This document shows positions 1-13,314 of a stretch of DNA of 64,000 nucleotides, in pieces (within the stretch, counting starts at the first letter, position 1; each line of letters opens with the position of its first letter). The stretch is taken from positions 15,810,001 through 15,874,000 of the forward strand of contig JAQFVV010000006.1 in assembly GCA_028023455.1 (NCBI GenBank). Reading direction: 5' to 3'. The DNA comes from Epiperipatus broadwayi (Eukaryota > Animalia > Onychophora). The translations under genes and the position numbers were made by a program. The notes under the pieces were generated by a model. That model was not told where the DNA came from and ran no database searches. It worked only from the letters and a program-made list of their open reading frames with translations.

Positions 1-904
1 ATTTATCAATTAGCCTCTTCAGTACAGCATTGATATGGTGATGTGTGAGGAAAGGCTAGATATTGGAAAAGATAGACTGAACTTAAAAAGACCTTTATCC
101 TGCATGATTGATACTTATTGAAAATGATGAAAATGATTTGCCATTACTCATTTCAGAATCTCATTTAAACTTTTAAAGTTTCTGTTTTCTGTTGTAATAC
201 TAAAACATATTACAATTCTTTTTTTTCTGCCTCTACTAAATCAATAACTTTCATTTTATCACTTAAGAAATATCTTTATACATTTTTTAAATTTTCATAA
301 AAAATTTTAACTCTATGCTTAGAAAACATTTTATTAAATAAAAATCATTTATTAAATAAACCTTTGGAAAGAATTAAAATAATGAGAATAAAATGTATGT
401 GCTTACAATGAAATCTAAATAAACATTATTAATAAATGTGATTGCTTATAGAGCTTTAACCCATATCATAAAATTTATTAAATTTTAAAAATTTTAATGC
501 TTTTATTTTTTGTTTATTTACGTTGTTTTGAATAATGTATAATTGATGTAGAGGATATTGATACAATGCATATACAGCTTCATTGTAATGTTTAAAGCCT
601 AGGATTGAAGTTTGTATTGAGAGAACCTAATTTTTTCAAATCATAAACAGTAAATAGATTTTTTTAATTGGTTCACAGCCATCCTAACAATCCATTTAAT
701 AATAGTCATTTAAATGGGTTTATTGGATGTGTGTTGAAAGATTGATTGTGAAAGGATATATGTTTTTGGTGTTTACCACATATGGAGGAGGTATTATGCT
801 TTTACAGCATTGATCTCATGATTACTTCTATCCTTATTTAATGAAATAAGTTGCTATAAAAATAATCAAATGGTTCATTGCTCAGAAGTTTAAGAAGCAG
901 AAGG

Positions 905-1675
905 AGCACCTGGGCTGTGCTCTATGAACCATGAACCAGAGTTCACCACTCTAATCTCACTCTAACAATAAGTTTGAGCAGTAGAAGTAACACCTGGGTT
1001 GTGATTTGCAAACAGTGAATTCAAGAGTTCACCAGTATAACACCACTCTAATAAAAGTTCAAGCATTGGAAATAGCACCTGGGCTGTGATACTGCAAACT
1101 CTGAGTTCCAGAGTTTCACTACAATAATCTTATTCTAATGGTAGTTCAAGCCTGGAAGTAGCATCTGGGCCATAAGGTGTGAACCCTGAGTTCCAGAGTT
1201 CACAATTATAATGGAAGTTCAAGTACTGGAAATAGCACCTGGTGCAAACCCTGAGTTCCAGAATTCATCCTGTAACATCACACTAACAGAAGTTTTATCA
1301 CCAAAAGTAGCACCTGGGCTATGATCTGCAAATCCAGAGTTCAAGAATGTTTTCCTGAAGGTTTGTGATGATGGTGTTCTAGTTGTATTTTTATATTGGA
1401 CTATTTCCACAATCCAATAGTGTATTGAATGTTTTTAAAAAAATTTAACTTTATTTAAATATTCCAAATACATTTAACTATTAGTAGTCCAATATAAAAA
1501 TACAACCTGGGTCCCAGAGTTCATCTATAATACCATTCTAACAGAAGTTTTATCACCAAAAGTTGCACCTGGGCTGTGATCTGCAAACCCCGAATTCCAG
1601 AATTAACCACTCCAATGGTATTTCAAATACTAAAAATAGCATGGAAATAACACCTGGTGTGTGATCTGAGAACTT
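905..1675. repeat. Degenerate ~80-bp tandem minisatellite
   Basis: Recurring unit core (a)gcacctgggctgtgatctgcaaaccctgagttccagagttcac about 8 times; interrupted at 1346-1506. Confidence 0.7.
1346..1506 (-). mobile_element. Family A 3' fragment with fold-back end, inserted in the minisatellite
   Basis: Reverse complement of the family A tail at 48830-48976; ttgtatttttatattggact (1384) is inverted with agtccaatataaaaatacaa (1487-1506). Confidence 0.7.
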
Positions 1676-2169
1676 TTTTTCCAGATGTCATCCCTCTAAA
1701 GACAAGCACGGCACTTAATTATTATTTGTAAAATATCGATTTAACGCTAATACTTTCTCAGTTATCTGTACTTTTTAAATAGATAAAGGATTTGTTAAAT
1801 CTGTGAGTCTGAATTTTTTGCCTTGTTTTTTTCATTAGTATCTCTAATTATTGGTTGATTTTCATTAGCACTGCTGATTTGTTAAACTATTGATTTTAAC
1901 AAAATACTGTAAGAATAAACAATTATTTAATTAATTATAAATTGTCTTCTAGAGCCTTCATTTTTTGTTTTTCTTTTATAACAAAATGTACTTTTTTAAA
2001 GACAGTTGATAAATCTTCTTAACGACTTTCTAGTGTTGATAAACTTCAGTTGTACTTTTCAGGTGTAGAATTTTTTAACATTCTAGTGACAGAACCATTA
2101 GACATACTCAACTAAACTACTTTCACAATATATAAAACTGCTTTTATTTATTTAAAATGACACGTGATT

Positions 2170-2400
2170 AATTTAAAGTAACAGGATTATAAATACTGAT
2201 TGTATATATGTGTGGAGATAGTAATCTGGACCAACAGATGACTGCTGGTTTAGCATGAAATACGGATATTGGTGATTATTTATCTTTTCAATATGTGTGC
2301 GATCATGTGGATCAGCAATGTAAGATGGCATGGAGAGTTGAGGGTCGTGTGAAAGTCTGAGTTCGAATACCTTATACATTACATTATATATGTGAAGGTG
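2170..2400 (+). mobile_element. Family C hammerhead-bearing repeat; ribozyme 2230-2273 has a core mutation (CAGAUGA)
   Basis: Aligns by eye with 60385-60570; accaa-cagatga-ctgctggtttagcat-gaaa-tacggat-a-ttggt. Confidence 0.7.
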
Positions 2401-3488
2401 TGTGTACTGATTAATGAAACCTGAATAAAAATAAAAGCAATTTTATAAATAATGTCAGCCATTGTAATATATTTTAAACACATTTAAAAATATTTGTGTA
2501 TATATTTGTTCTTAGATTTTCTATATATTATTTACAGTATATAAAATTCTTTATAATAACTTCATGACACAGAGGTAGGATATCTGCCAGCAAAGGAAAT
2601 TGCCCGTGGATTGAAATGCTGTTATCTTCCAAGCTGTTTGCAGAATATTGATTATGCATTATGATACACTAACATGTAATGGTTTATTATAGATTGCTGA
2701 TCATGCATTGTGATGCTATTGACATTCCAAACTTTATTACAAAATATTGTTAATGCATCTGTCATGCAATATATATATATATAAAGAGGTTTATTTAAAC
2801 TTTTTTGTATCAATAATTTTAATCTATGTAGTCAAGTTGCAATCTTTAGTGTCTTTATAAGTATATTAGATCATTAATAAAGATGGGATTCCATCTTTAT
2901 TGTTAAAAGGAGGTTGCCTTGACAACAGTTTAAAACTGTTGATTGTTATTGATATTGGAATTATCTATGAGTTGACAGATTTTTAATGATATATATTGTA
3001 ATGAAACAGAATTTTTTTTGGTATGATAATAAGTTAGCTAGGTCATCACAGTAGGTAGGAAAGACTATCTAATATATCTGCAAGTATGTATCCACATACA
3101 CTTTGATCTCATTGTGGTGAGATAAGGGATTAATACTCAAACAAATATCAAACTATATCCCCATACTCACCTCAACTGAGCCATCTTTCATTTCTGTTAT
3201 TTCCAAGTTTCAAACTCAGGAAGAATCTGCATAGTTATCTAGTTCAAGGTATATTAATATCACTTAAATTGTGGGTATGCATAAATGTGCATAGATGTAT
3301 GAGAATAAGTGTGAATGTGTGAAAATATGTGTGACTGTGTACTAATATAAGTAGGTATGTGAGAAGATACGGCCAATTGAAAATTGAATATGGAAATAAT
3401 ACACTGAGAATATTTAATTTAAACACTTATATATATTTAAATATATGAATTTTTTCTACAGTACAGGCTTTTTCATACCTGCACTCCA

Positions 3489-3669
3489 ATATGTAATATA
3501 TAGGGGGTTTAAACTCAGACTTTCACATGACTCTCAGCTATCCACATTATCTCATACTGCTGACACACTTGATGATGTGTGTGATCAAGTGTGTCAGAAG
3601 TATAAGATAGTGTGGATAGCTGAGGGTCATGTGAAAGTCTGAGTTCAAATCCCCTATATATTACATATA
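3489..3669. repeat. Near-perfect ~90-bp-arm inverted repeat of the family C 3' part
   Basis: aaactcagactttcacatgactctcagctatccac... versus ...gtggatagctgagggtcatgtgaaagtctgagttcaa; no hammerhead included. Confidence 0.8.
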
Positions 3670-4201
3670 TTTAGCAAATATATTTATAATAAGCAAAATT
3701 TTCATAAAAAAATTTATAACAAAATATATAATGTTTAATTTAACATCTGTGGCTACTTTTTGATTATAGTTTATTTCAATTATTACTCTAAACCTTTATC
3801 CCCTATAAAAAATAACACTTTGATGTGCATATTAACATAAATGAAATTTATTTTATACTTATAATTGTCTAAATCATTCTTGCTTGCTACGTCATTATAT
3901 TGGAATTATTATTTGTTTTATTTTCATTAACTTGTTAGATTAAATTCATATTAATCCTATTGATGATATGGGATCCCCCTGTTATATAATGTAGGAAAGA
4001 CCATTTATAATAGAAATAATTAGTCAAGTATGCTGAAAACATTTAACTACAACATTAGTATTAACTTAGTATTAACAAGCAAAAAAAATAGATAACTGTA
4101 TAACTGTACAAGTGTTGGAAATAAATATGTATTAAGTAAAATCTTACCTTTACCTTGATGATGATCATATTTGTAAGCAAGCAAGTTCTCATTGCAACCT
4201 A

Positions 4202-4566
4202 AGATGTGATATGTTGGACTATTTCCATCATTTATGACAGAATAGCTCAGTTGGTAGAGCGTTTGCCTTAAAATTCCATATACAAGAATCTAAAGGTGTG
4301 AGTTCAACTTCTAAGTGGATATTGTCACTGTGCATATAGGCCAGAAACACCTGAAGAAGAGTGGAGAATAATACTACTCAAAACGTTGTGTAATTACTAA
4401 TCTGTATTGTCTATTTGTGTGTTATTACTAATAAGTTGTTTGTATTTGAAAAGTTTAAATAAAGTTTAAAATTTTCTATATATTCAACATTCACTCATAA
4501 ATGATGGAAATAGTCCAACATATCACATCTTATAATATACCATCATTACAAACCTTCAGACAAATA
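4202..4566 (+). mobile_element. Family A tRNA-headed hammerhead SINE-like element with inverted 5' piece
   Basis: 14-bp TSD ctcattgcaaccta at 4188-4201 and 4567-4580; 4202-4237 is the reverse complement of 4495-4530; tRNA-like head atagctcagttggtagagc from ~4236. Confidence 0.8.
4347..4391 (+). ncRNA. Degenerate minimal type I hammerhead (family A)
   Basis: ACAC-CUGAAGA-A-GAGU..ACUC-AAAA-CGU-U-GUGU; G12 is A here, consistent with CpG decay. Confidence 0.5.
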
Positions 4567-5486
4567 CTCATTGCAACCTATATTTTATTTCAACCTACAA
4601 TAATATTTATCCCTTATGTTACATATTAACACTTACCCCCCCCCAAATATGAGCATAAACATTTACATAAAATATATAACTAAAAATGTATGACATCAAC
4701 CTAAACATAGTTTAAAGTTGGTAAGGAAAACATCCTAGTGAATAATTATAATAATCCTCATTAACGTATTGCAGGTATAGATGGTTAAATATGAGTGTTC
4801 TAAATATCTCTTTAAGTGACTTATAATGTCCCTTCTTGGATCTTCTGGTTTGAAGCATGGAGTTGTTTAATCCACTTGTTAATAGTAAATTTGATGTTTT
4901 GCAACATAGATGTTACATGCTAGATCAATTTCATCTCACTTTTGACAATTATAGCTTCATTTAGTGATGCTTTCTTTCCTTGATGCGATTTTACAATTAG
5001 CAATGCATATTGTCTGTATTGTTATTTATATATTTTTGCAAGAATATCTTGAATGAATTAAGAGCAATAATTTCTTTTACTATTAGATATCTATAATTAT
5101 AGACAATTCAATATATGATTTAGAACTAGAAACATTTTGAAAATTCAAATAATTCAAATTTAATTTTGGAGATTACACTTTCAAATTCCTCAGTTGGTTA
5201 GTTTTGATTCTATTTGTTTTTTATTCCTTTTTCGAAAATCCAAATAGTTATTTCTATTACTATTTCACCTTAATGGCAGCTGGCATTTCTAGTTCAAACT
5301 GCAAGTTTGAATTCTCAGCTTAAATTTATACAGGTTGTTCAGCCGTTGAGAAATTTTTATCCGAATTTGGAGAAACAGCTCATTGGTTTTATATTCTCCT
5401 ATTATTAAAATGAGAATGTTTTATTGAAAATAATTTTTGATGACTTTGCATCCCAAGTTCATGATTTTGGTTTAGGTCCATTGTTT

Positions 5487-5594
5487 GTTTTTTTTCATAT
5501 GTCATACCATCGTCCGGAAGGCGAACCTGCAACAACCATCTGCAATCAACTGCTTGCTTGCAAGGTGGCTGCGCTGACCTTTCGACTAATGATT
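5487..5594 (-). mobile_element. tRNA-Gly-derived short SINE (family E, long type)
   Basis: Reverse complement matches 11131-11241, including ggttcg B-box, tgacatatg and A-tail. Confidence 0.7.
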
Positions 5595-5944
5595 ATGATA
5601 TATAGATAATATGTTAATAACAATAAAAAAATTATTTATTTATTTCCTTTAAAATAATCTTTCATTTCTTGTTTGTGTTTACTCGATCCAATCATATTTT
5701 CCTCATACTACAATTAACGAGAAAATTTTAATAAAGGTTAGTTGTCATGTATGCATTTTATAGTTTAATTTAAATATGTATTTATCATATATTAAGTTGG
5801 GATTTAAATGTATATAATAACTAATGGTTTATCATAGTGCTTCATTTTCATTAATGTAGTGTTTAGTAGAGAATGTTCTTATATTGGGTCTTGGAATCGA
5901 GTTAGATGTGTAAATGATAGTGGAGGGATGTAAGGGTCACACCT

Positions 5945-5960
5945 TATATATATCTATCTA

Positions 5961-6019
<59 letters not shown>

Positions 6020-6037
6020 ATATATATATATATATAT
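5945..6037. repeat. (TATC)n/(TA)n microsatellite
   Basis: Directly visible. Confidence 0.95.
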
Positions 6038-6397
6038 GCTATTATAATTTTGATGTTGAGTACATAATGTTGCTTATGTATTATTATGCAGTGGCCCCAA
6101 AATACTGCCCATGTTTTGCAATACTATTATCATTTTTAAGTTGATGACAAAATATTGCTTACATAATATGGTCGAACTATCATGCAATCGTTCATCAGAA
6201 AATACTGCCATGCATTGTGACACTATTATTTCTACAAAATTGATAATACAATGTAACTTATGCAATTTGATACAATTATGAGACAGTAATGATCACAAAG
6301 TACTGATTCCACTTTATAATACTACTTTTACTCTAAATCTAATTACAAAATGTTGCTTATTAAAACCATATCTTTATTTATATTTTAAAATAAACTT

Positions 6398-7294
6398 TAA
6401 CAATGCAAAACTCTTCATACAGTAGTGCCATCCTGTGCCAACCAGAGTAATCAATGGATACCAGAAGGCTTGTGCATAAAATCCCTATCTAGTGCCTACT
6501 CATCCAATATCCCCAGACTAGTTTCTGCCTTGTGACCTTTATCAGTGAGGAGCCTTGGATCTGAGAGCACTGCACCTAGATCTTAGGATCTAATGCAACC
6601 CTCCAGCAGCCACCTTTTATCTTTGCTTAATTACAAAACTTGAAAACACAATAATATTTACAATCTAAGCTACCTCTTAGTGTTTTTTGCTTTTTAACAA
6701 CCATAGTCACCATTATCCTATCAGGCAAGATTGGTGTTAAATCACTAAACATCACATGATCACTATCTCTTATACTAGAACATAATTGTTATAAACAAGG
6801 CAAAACTCTCCATAGAGTAGTGCCACCTTGTGACAATCAGAGTAATCAATGGATAGTAATAGAATATTGGTGGCTATGGTTGTTAAACAGCCAAAGACAC
6901 CAAAATGCATGGATACTAAACTGAGTTCAGACCCATATAACTATATAAGCTATTGAGCTTAGATTGGAAATATTATTGTGTTTTCAATTTCATTCTCTTA
7001 GTTTTGTAGTTAAGTAGAGAAAAAAGGTGGCTGCTGGAGGGTTGCATTAGATCCTAAGATCTAGGTGTAGTGCTCTCAGATCCAAGGCTCTTCACTGTCA
7101 AAGGCCACAAACCAGAAACTAGTCTGGGAATATTGGATGAGTAGGCAATAGATAGGGATTTTATACACAAGCCTTCTGGCATCCATTGATTACTCTGGTT
7201 GGCACAGGGTGGTACTACTGTATGGAGAGTTTTGCCTTGTTTATAAGAATTATGTGCTAGTATAAGAGAATGGTGATCATGTGATGTTTAGTGG
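6398..7294. mobile_element. Family B hammerhead-bearing element, inverted dimer (minus arm 6405-6855, plus arm 6860-7294); both ribozymes degenerate
   Basis: Arms are reverse complements and match 58065-58827; 14-bp flanking duplication tttaaaataaactt at 6384-6397 and 7295-7308. Confidence 0.85.
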
Positions 7295-7506
7295 TTTAAA
7301 ATAAACTTATTTACATTTAAAGAAAAAAATAATATTCGCATATTACTTAACATTTTCACAAAAGATTCAATGTAGCATACAATATTTTTTAGTTTTATAT
7401 ATATATCATTTGATTTGAATTTAGTTAATAAAAACAATTATTTTCTATAATAATTAATATTTAAAAGTGATTAAATACACTTAAAAATGAAATAATTAAA
7501 AAATAC

Positions 7507-7611
7507 CTTTCTTCTTGATAAGCATAATGTTAAAAGTTTCCATTGTATCATGCTAGTTCTGAGAAAATTGAGATTTTTTCTGCATTCCTGATTAGACCTA
7601 ACTTCTATGTA
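7507..7611 (-). CDS. Candidate isolated 105-nt exon (YIEVRSNQECRKNLNFLRTSMIQWKLLTLCLSRRK), unrecognised
   Basis: tttttgtttcag acceptor, AAG|gtattt donor, one open frame; no partner exon identified. Confidence 0.2.
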
Positions 7612-7886
7612 CTGAAACAAAAACTAAAATATAAATTAATCTTCTTTAAAAACAACTGGTGATTGGGTAAAAAGCATGCTGAATAAGTGATTATTATTAA
7701 AGTAACACCATTACAAAACAGTGATGGAATGAAAACCATTAAGCTGGAAGTGCCATTTAGTTAGTAGCTAGAATCATCAGTGAAAAGATTTTATATATAC
7801 ATAAAATAGATAAAAAATTTAATACTATAATTTATTATATTAACACTACTGTACTCTGACAGTTAGAATATATTAAATGTGACTTT

Positions 7887-7977
<91 letters not shown>
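7887..7977. repeat. (TA)n microsatellite
   Basis: Directly visible. Confidence 0.95.
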
Positions 7978-7980
<3 letters not shown>

Positions 7981-9094
7981 TAGAAATTAAATAAATTCTG
8001 AGAATCATATTTGATTTTCAGAATTATTTTAAAATTATATTTTATTCAAAACAAAATGATGTTTCATCATTCAACTTTGGGAAGAGCAACTGAAATTTAC
8101 AAATTAAATAAAACTTTCTTTGTTTGCCATTTGTTTTTAAAATGTGAATGAATAATTATTAATATCTAGTAAATTTATCAACTTATGCTTTAAAAGTTTA
8201 ATTTTTTAATGATTTTTATGATATTGCTATATTTTCTAACAGACTGTTAATGAAGACATTTTTAGACAGATCTTTATTTGCTGCCACTGTAATTTTCACA
8301 TAATTTTTATATTTAAAAATGAAACACTTCTGCAGAAAATAAATATATAATATATATTCTTGTTTCCTAATAATTATTATACAATTATTATGCAAAAATA
8401 ATGATAAACTTTTCAAAAAATGTCTTAAAGTAATATTGCATAGTTATCACAAAGTTTGACACTGCCAAGAATGCAATGGCTTCTCATCTATTTGGAGCTT
8501 ACCAAGCTTTGAAATTCCTGCTTTTTAAATTATTCTGACATTTTCAGAACTTTTTTGGAATTAAAATATTAAAAAAAATACACAAATCTCTCAATCAAGA
8601 GCCAATGAAGGAAAGTGAATTTCTTGACTTCTGACTTCAGAATTAAAAAATGAATTGTTAACTAAAGTGTTCTTCAAAATGAGGGAATTTATGGGAGAAA
8701 TCAAGAAAGTATTTGCTTGTATATCTTTTGAGATATTTTGCTAATTTCTTTTTTTAAATCTATTAATTCACATATATTTCATTTTGATATTTTAATTGCT
8801 CCCAAAATTTAAAGATATAGTATAATTAAAAATGTAGTGATTTAAAATATTTTAAAATCTCATCTTGATGGTCTTATTTTTGTTATTTGAATTTCACCCA
8901 CATTGCAAAATTATTTCAAGAAAATATTTTGAATGACTGAAAACTTGGGTTTTTTTTTAAAAAGTTTATTAAGATTCATAAACATTTTTGTGCAACAATT
9001 GTGTAATATTTATTAAAATTCAATAATATTTTTTTTAAAGTAGAATGTTATACTTTTCAGCATAATGTTAACAATACAAATTACAGAGCAGAAG

Positions 9095-10321
9095 ATGCCT
9101 TCATCATCAAGATAATTACAACTTATCTACAGAGAACATTGAATTTCCACCAACCAAGAGAACAAGCTGGATTAAAACGTGGTTTTAGTACAGTAGATCA
9201 TATTCACATATTGAGAGAAGTTATAGAAAGGACAGATGAATATGAGTTGCTATTATGCTTTGGATTTGTAGATTATGAAAAGGCATTTGATTCTATAAAC
9301 ATTTCTTCAGTGATTAAAGCATTGGATCATCAAGGTATAGATCCAGGATATTGTCATATTTTAAAGAATATTTATAAAAATGCAACAGCAACAATTAGAT
9401 TACATAATGATATTAGGAAAGTCAACATTGAGAAGAGTATAAGACAGGGTGACTCCATATTTTTCAAAACTTTTTACAGCAGTGTTGTAATAAGTATTTT
9501 GTGGATTAAAATTTGAAGCTAAATGCATGAAAATAAATGGAAATTATTTAAGTCATTTAGATTTTGCAAATGATGTAGTTGTTTTTGCAAATAATGCTAT
9601 TGAGCTGCAGAAAATGTTGCATGAATTATCAGATGAAAGTAGAAAAGTAGGACAAAATATAAATGTTAAAAAGTCTAAAGTAATGTACAATGGATTTTCT
9701 CAGAATATGAAAATAATGATTGATTATGATGAGTTAGAAGAAGTTAACAGCTACAAATACCTTGGTCAGATTATTAATACAGATGGAAACATAATGGATG
9801 AAATTAATCAAAGAATTAAACTTGACTGAAATGTTTTTGATAGAAATAACCTGATACTAAAAGGAAATATGCCCATGTGTTTGAAAAGGAAGGTTTTTAA
9901 TAAATATGTTTTACCAGTTCTTATTTATGGATCTTAGACTTTGACACTTAATAGAAGAGGAATACAGAGATTTCAGACCTCTCAAAGAAGTATGGAGAGA
10001 TGCATATTAGAAGTAACAAGAAGAGATTGAAAATGCAATATATGGGTAAAAGAACAAACAGGTGTTACTGACCTCATTGAAAAAATTAAAAGACTGAAGT
10101 GGAATTGGGCTGGACATATTGCTAGAAGAGCTGAAATCTTAAACTGGATTCCAAGAGTTTGTAAAAGACCCAGAAAGAGACCATATGTGTGATGGATGGA
10201 TGAAATAAGAAAGTGTGCAGGAGTAATGTCGAGAAGAAAAACTAAAGATTGGAGAAGATCGATTGAACTTGGAGAGACTTTCATTTTGCAGTGGATTGAT
10301 AATGATTGATGATGATGATTG
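9095..10321 (+). mobile_element. 5'-truncated RTE-clade LINE, decayed reverse transcriptase and 3' end
   Basis: REQAGLKRGFSTVDHIHILRE, FVDYEKAFDSI, HLDFANDVVVF, YKYLGQ, LKWNWAGHIARR; gatgatgat tail. Confidence 0.9.
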
Positions 10322-10760
10322 TAAAAATATTTTAAAGACATAATATTTTAAAGCATAATTTAATAAATTTATCAAACATTGATATTTTTTTATTCACAAA
10401 TACAAATATCAATGAAAAAGATTTTGTTTTCTGAAATCAATATGCTCCTTTCAACTGCTGAATGACTAAAAATCTTTTTTTAAGTTCTAATTTTTTCAAT
10501 ATTTGTAAAGTTCTACTGAACTTTTTAGAATTTATTTCATTTCTAAATGTAAATATCAATCAAATTAAGTCAAATTTATTATATTTAGATATAGATTACT
10601 AGAATTAAAGTTGAAAGCTTATAGCAAAGGAAAGCAACTAAATCTGTCACAAATCAAGCTAAAGAAAATGGTTGTCTTAATTATAACATGTAAATAATCA
10701 AAAATCTGTTTATCAATAAATAATTGGGAAGAAAATTGAACTGAATCTGATTTTTGAAAT

Positions 10761-10864
10761 GCAATTGGTGGTCGAGAAGTCAGTGACAGCTGCTTTACAA
10801 GCAGTTGTCCTGGGTTAGCGGGTTCGCTTCCCGGTTGATGCTATGACACATGAGGAAAAAAAAA
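10761..10864 (+). mobile_element. tRNA-Gly-derived short SINE (family E, TAC anticodon type)
   Basis: gctgc-tt-tac-aa-gcagt anticodon arm, gggttcgcttcccgg T-arm, tgacacatg plus A-tail. Confidence 0.7.
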
Positions 10865-11130
10865 TTATATATACATTTTTATATATTTAAAATATTTTCT
10901 ATTCTCTTTGCTCTTCCTTTATTTCCTGCTCAATTTTTCTCTACCACTTTACTGTCCTAACTCTGTGCCTATCTGAAAGGTACAAACAAATTCTTTTTAA
11001 AAAATTGTTATTTATATTGAGTACATAAATTCAAGGTCATGATGACCTGCACACATGACTAATGTTAAACCATAAAATTTAATCAACCAGTTCTGTTACA
11101 TGTTTTGTAGAACTATGTGATATTCGATAG

Positions 11131-11241
11131 TAAGCGTTGTTAGCCGAGAGGTATCGCAGCCGCCATGCAAGCAAGTAGTTGGTTGCAGACGGGTGTGGGT
11201 TCGCGTCCCGGCAGATGCTATGACATATGAAAAAAAAAAAA
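11131..11241 (+). mobile_element. tRNA-Gly-derived short SINE (family E, long TGC type)
   Basis: Nearly identical to 45339-45453; CpG-rich, A-tail. Confidence 0.8.
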
Positions 11242-13314
11242 TTGTAAATGAGAAATATTATAGAATTCAAAGTCAGTGTTGGAGTAGTTGTTTAAGTGTG
11301 GCAATATTGTTTGTAATGACTGTTGCAGTTATTTTGAACAGCCAATTATTGAAGACTTTGATTAATTAATGTTAAAGGCATTCATTTTTTTGTTTGAATT
11401 TTTTTAGCAAAGTCTATGTTTTTGTTATTGCAAAAGAAAAAAAAAATTTAATTTTTTTTATTGCATAATTTATTTAAATATAATACATGCAAATTTGTAG
11501 TATTTAAATTTTTTTTCACCTTTTAGGACATATAATGATAGATCCTTTAGGACTAACTGACCTATGTTGCAATTGTTTTTGACTATGACCTCTTCGGGGT
11601 TAAATCGCTTAAATTAGTATGGTAGCCAATTGTCATGAGCACTTCATGAAAGATGACATGAGAAGGTCATGTCATCTGTCACCTCTACACTAAATGTGAT
11701 AATGGGGTTGTGTGTTTGTGCAACAATATTTCTATTTAATTATGAGTACAATAAGATTGACCCCAATCTTTCTTTTTTGTTTTCTGCATATCTTTGTTTT
11801 TTTTCTTTTCCGGATTTAGAATGGCTCCCACACATGTTATAGATGGAAACTAATCAATCCATAAATACTCACCCAGCTGTTAAATTATATTATTTTAAAC
11901 AGCATGTTCACCATAACTGCTGTTGTTTAAACTATTCTGCATAATCGTACTAATTTAAATTTAAATATCAGTGACAATACCTATAGAAGAAACATACTAT
12001 ATAATCACTATCGCCATTAATGTTGTCTAAATAATTGAAAAGTTAGTTGCTTAGCTGTCATGTGACATTAGAATGACAGATTGGTCTTTGGCCTAGGAAC
12101 TTTTAACTCTTAAATATGTTATTTTATCACTGCACAAAACCCCACACGATTCAAAAGAAAGGCTCACGGATTGCAGCTCAACTTTATCATTCCTGGTATT
12201 TCAACATCACAAGACCCTCTAAGTAACAAAGGATTAATCTCTTAAGCAACAAACGATTCAATTACTTTATACTTCTTCATTTTAACATTTAAAAAAAAAA
12301 TCAAAATGTTAACTGTGAATGTTTTCATATTTCTAAGGTGTAGAAATAAAAGGGTTAACTACTAAAACCGTTAAGTCTGTTATTACACCTCTTAATTCTA
12401 AAACAGTTGAAAGTAAGGTTTATTAACATACCTACTCTTTAATTCATATAATTTATTTTAAAAATAAATGAATAAATAGAATTTCCAAAAAAAAAAAAAA
12501 AACAAATCAAAGAAGAAAAAATGAAATTCTTCATAAAACCATTTTTATATTAAATATAATATAATTGATTTAACTTACATCACGATAAAATATGGCCTCA
12601 TGGAAAAATGTAAAAAGCTCTGGAAAATTCATTAATCATAGGTTTGAGTTAGTTCTGAGTTCTCACAATAGTAATTAATGTCTATCCATTTGTTTTAGTT
12701 ATAAAGGAAAGGTTCCGTTAACTAAATAGCAAGTTTAAACAATTTTGACGTTGTTTTGTTTTTAAAGTGAAATTGATAGTAATGATAAAATAATTCTTAT
12801 ATTGTTTGTAATTATTTTTTACCTCCTAGATAAAAAATAAATAGACAACCTCCTATTAATTATGAATACGAGTATGAAATAGGAAGATAAGTATGATTTC
12901 ATCGCATCTGAAGTTTTTTTTTTTATTTCAATGATTTTATAGATCAAATATTATTATTAGGTATTAACTAAATATTTACAACTTCAACTATATACATTTT
13001 TTTTAATTTGAAAAGTAATTAAAATTTTTTTATTTAAACTTTTTAATACTAAGTCTGGAAAATTTCCAAGAATGCAATATTTGGAAAAGATTCAAAGCTG
13101 AGGCTAATATTTGAGCGCATTGGGTGGATAAGAAAACTGTTTTCACATCTAAGATGTTAAATATTTTTAAATGGTAAATGTTTTGAAATAAAGCTGCTTG
13201 TCAAAAGCATTTTAAAAATAAAATACAGCTAGTGAGTTAAAGCAATTCAAACTAACGTTATCGTTTAATTGATATTGCAGACATTCGAACAAATCCAATT
13301 AAACAGTGGCAGCT

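Noticed and set aside
905-1675. Repeat-spacer appearance suggesting a CRISPR array (also 14860-15612)
   Set aside because: Eukaryotic context, degenerate repeats, inter-core segments are themselves homologous, and there are no cas genes.
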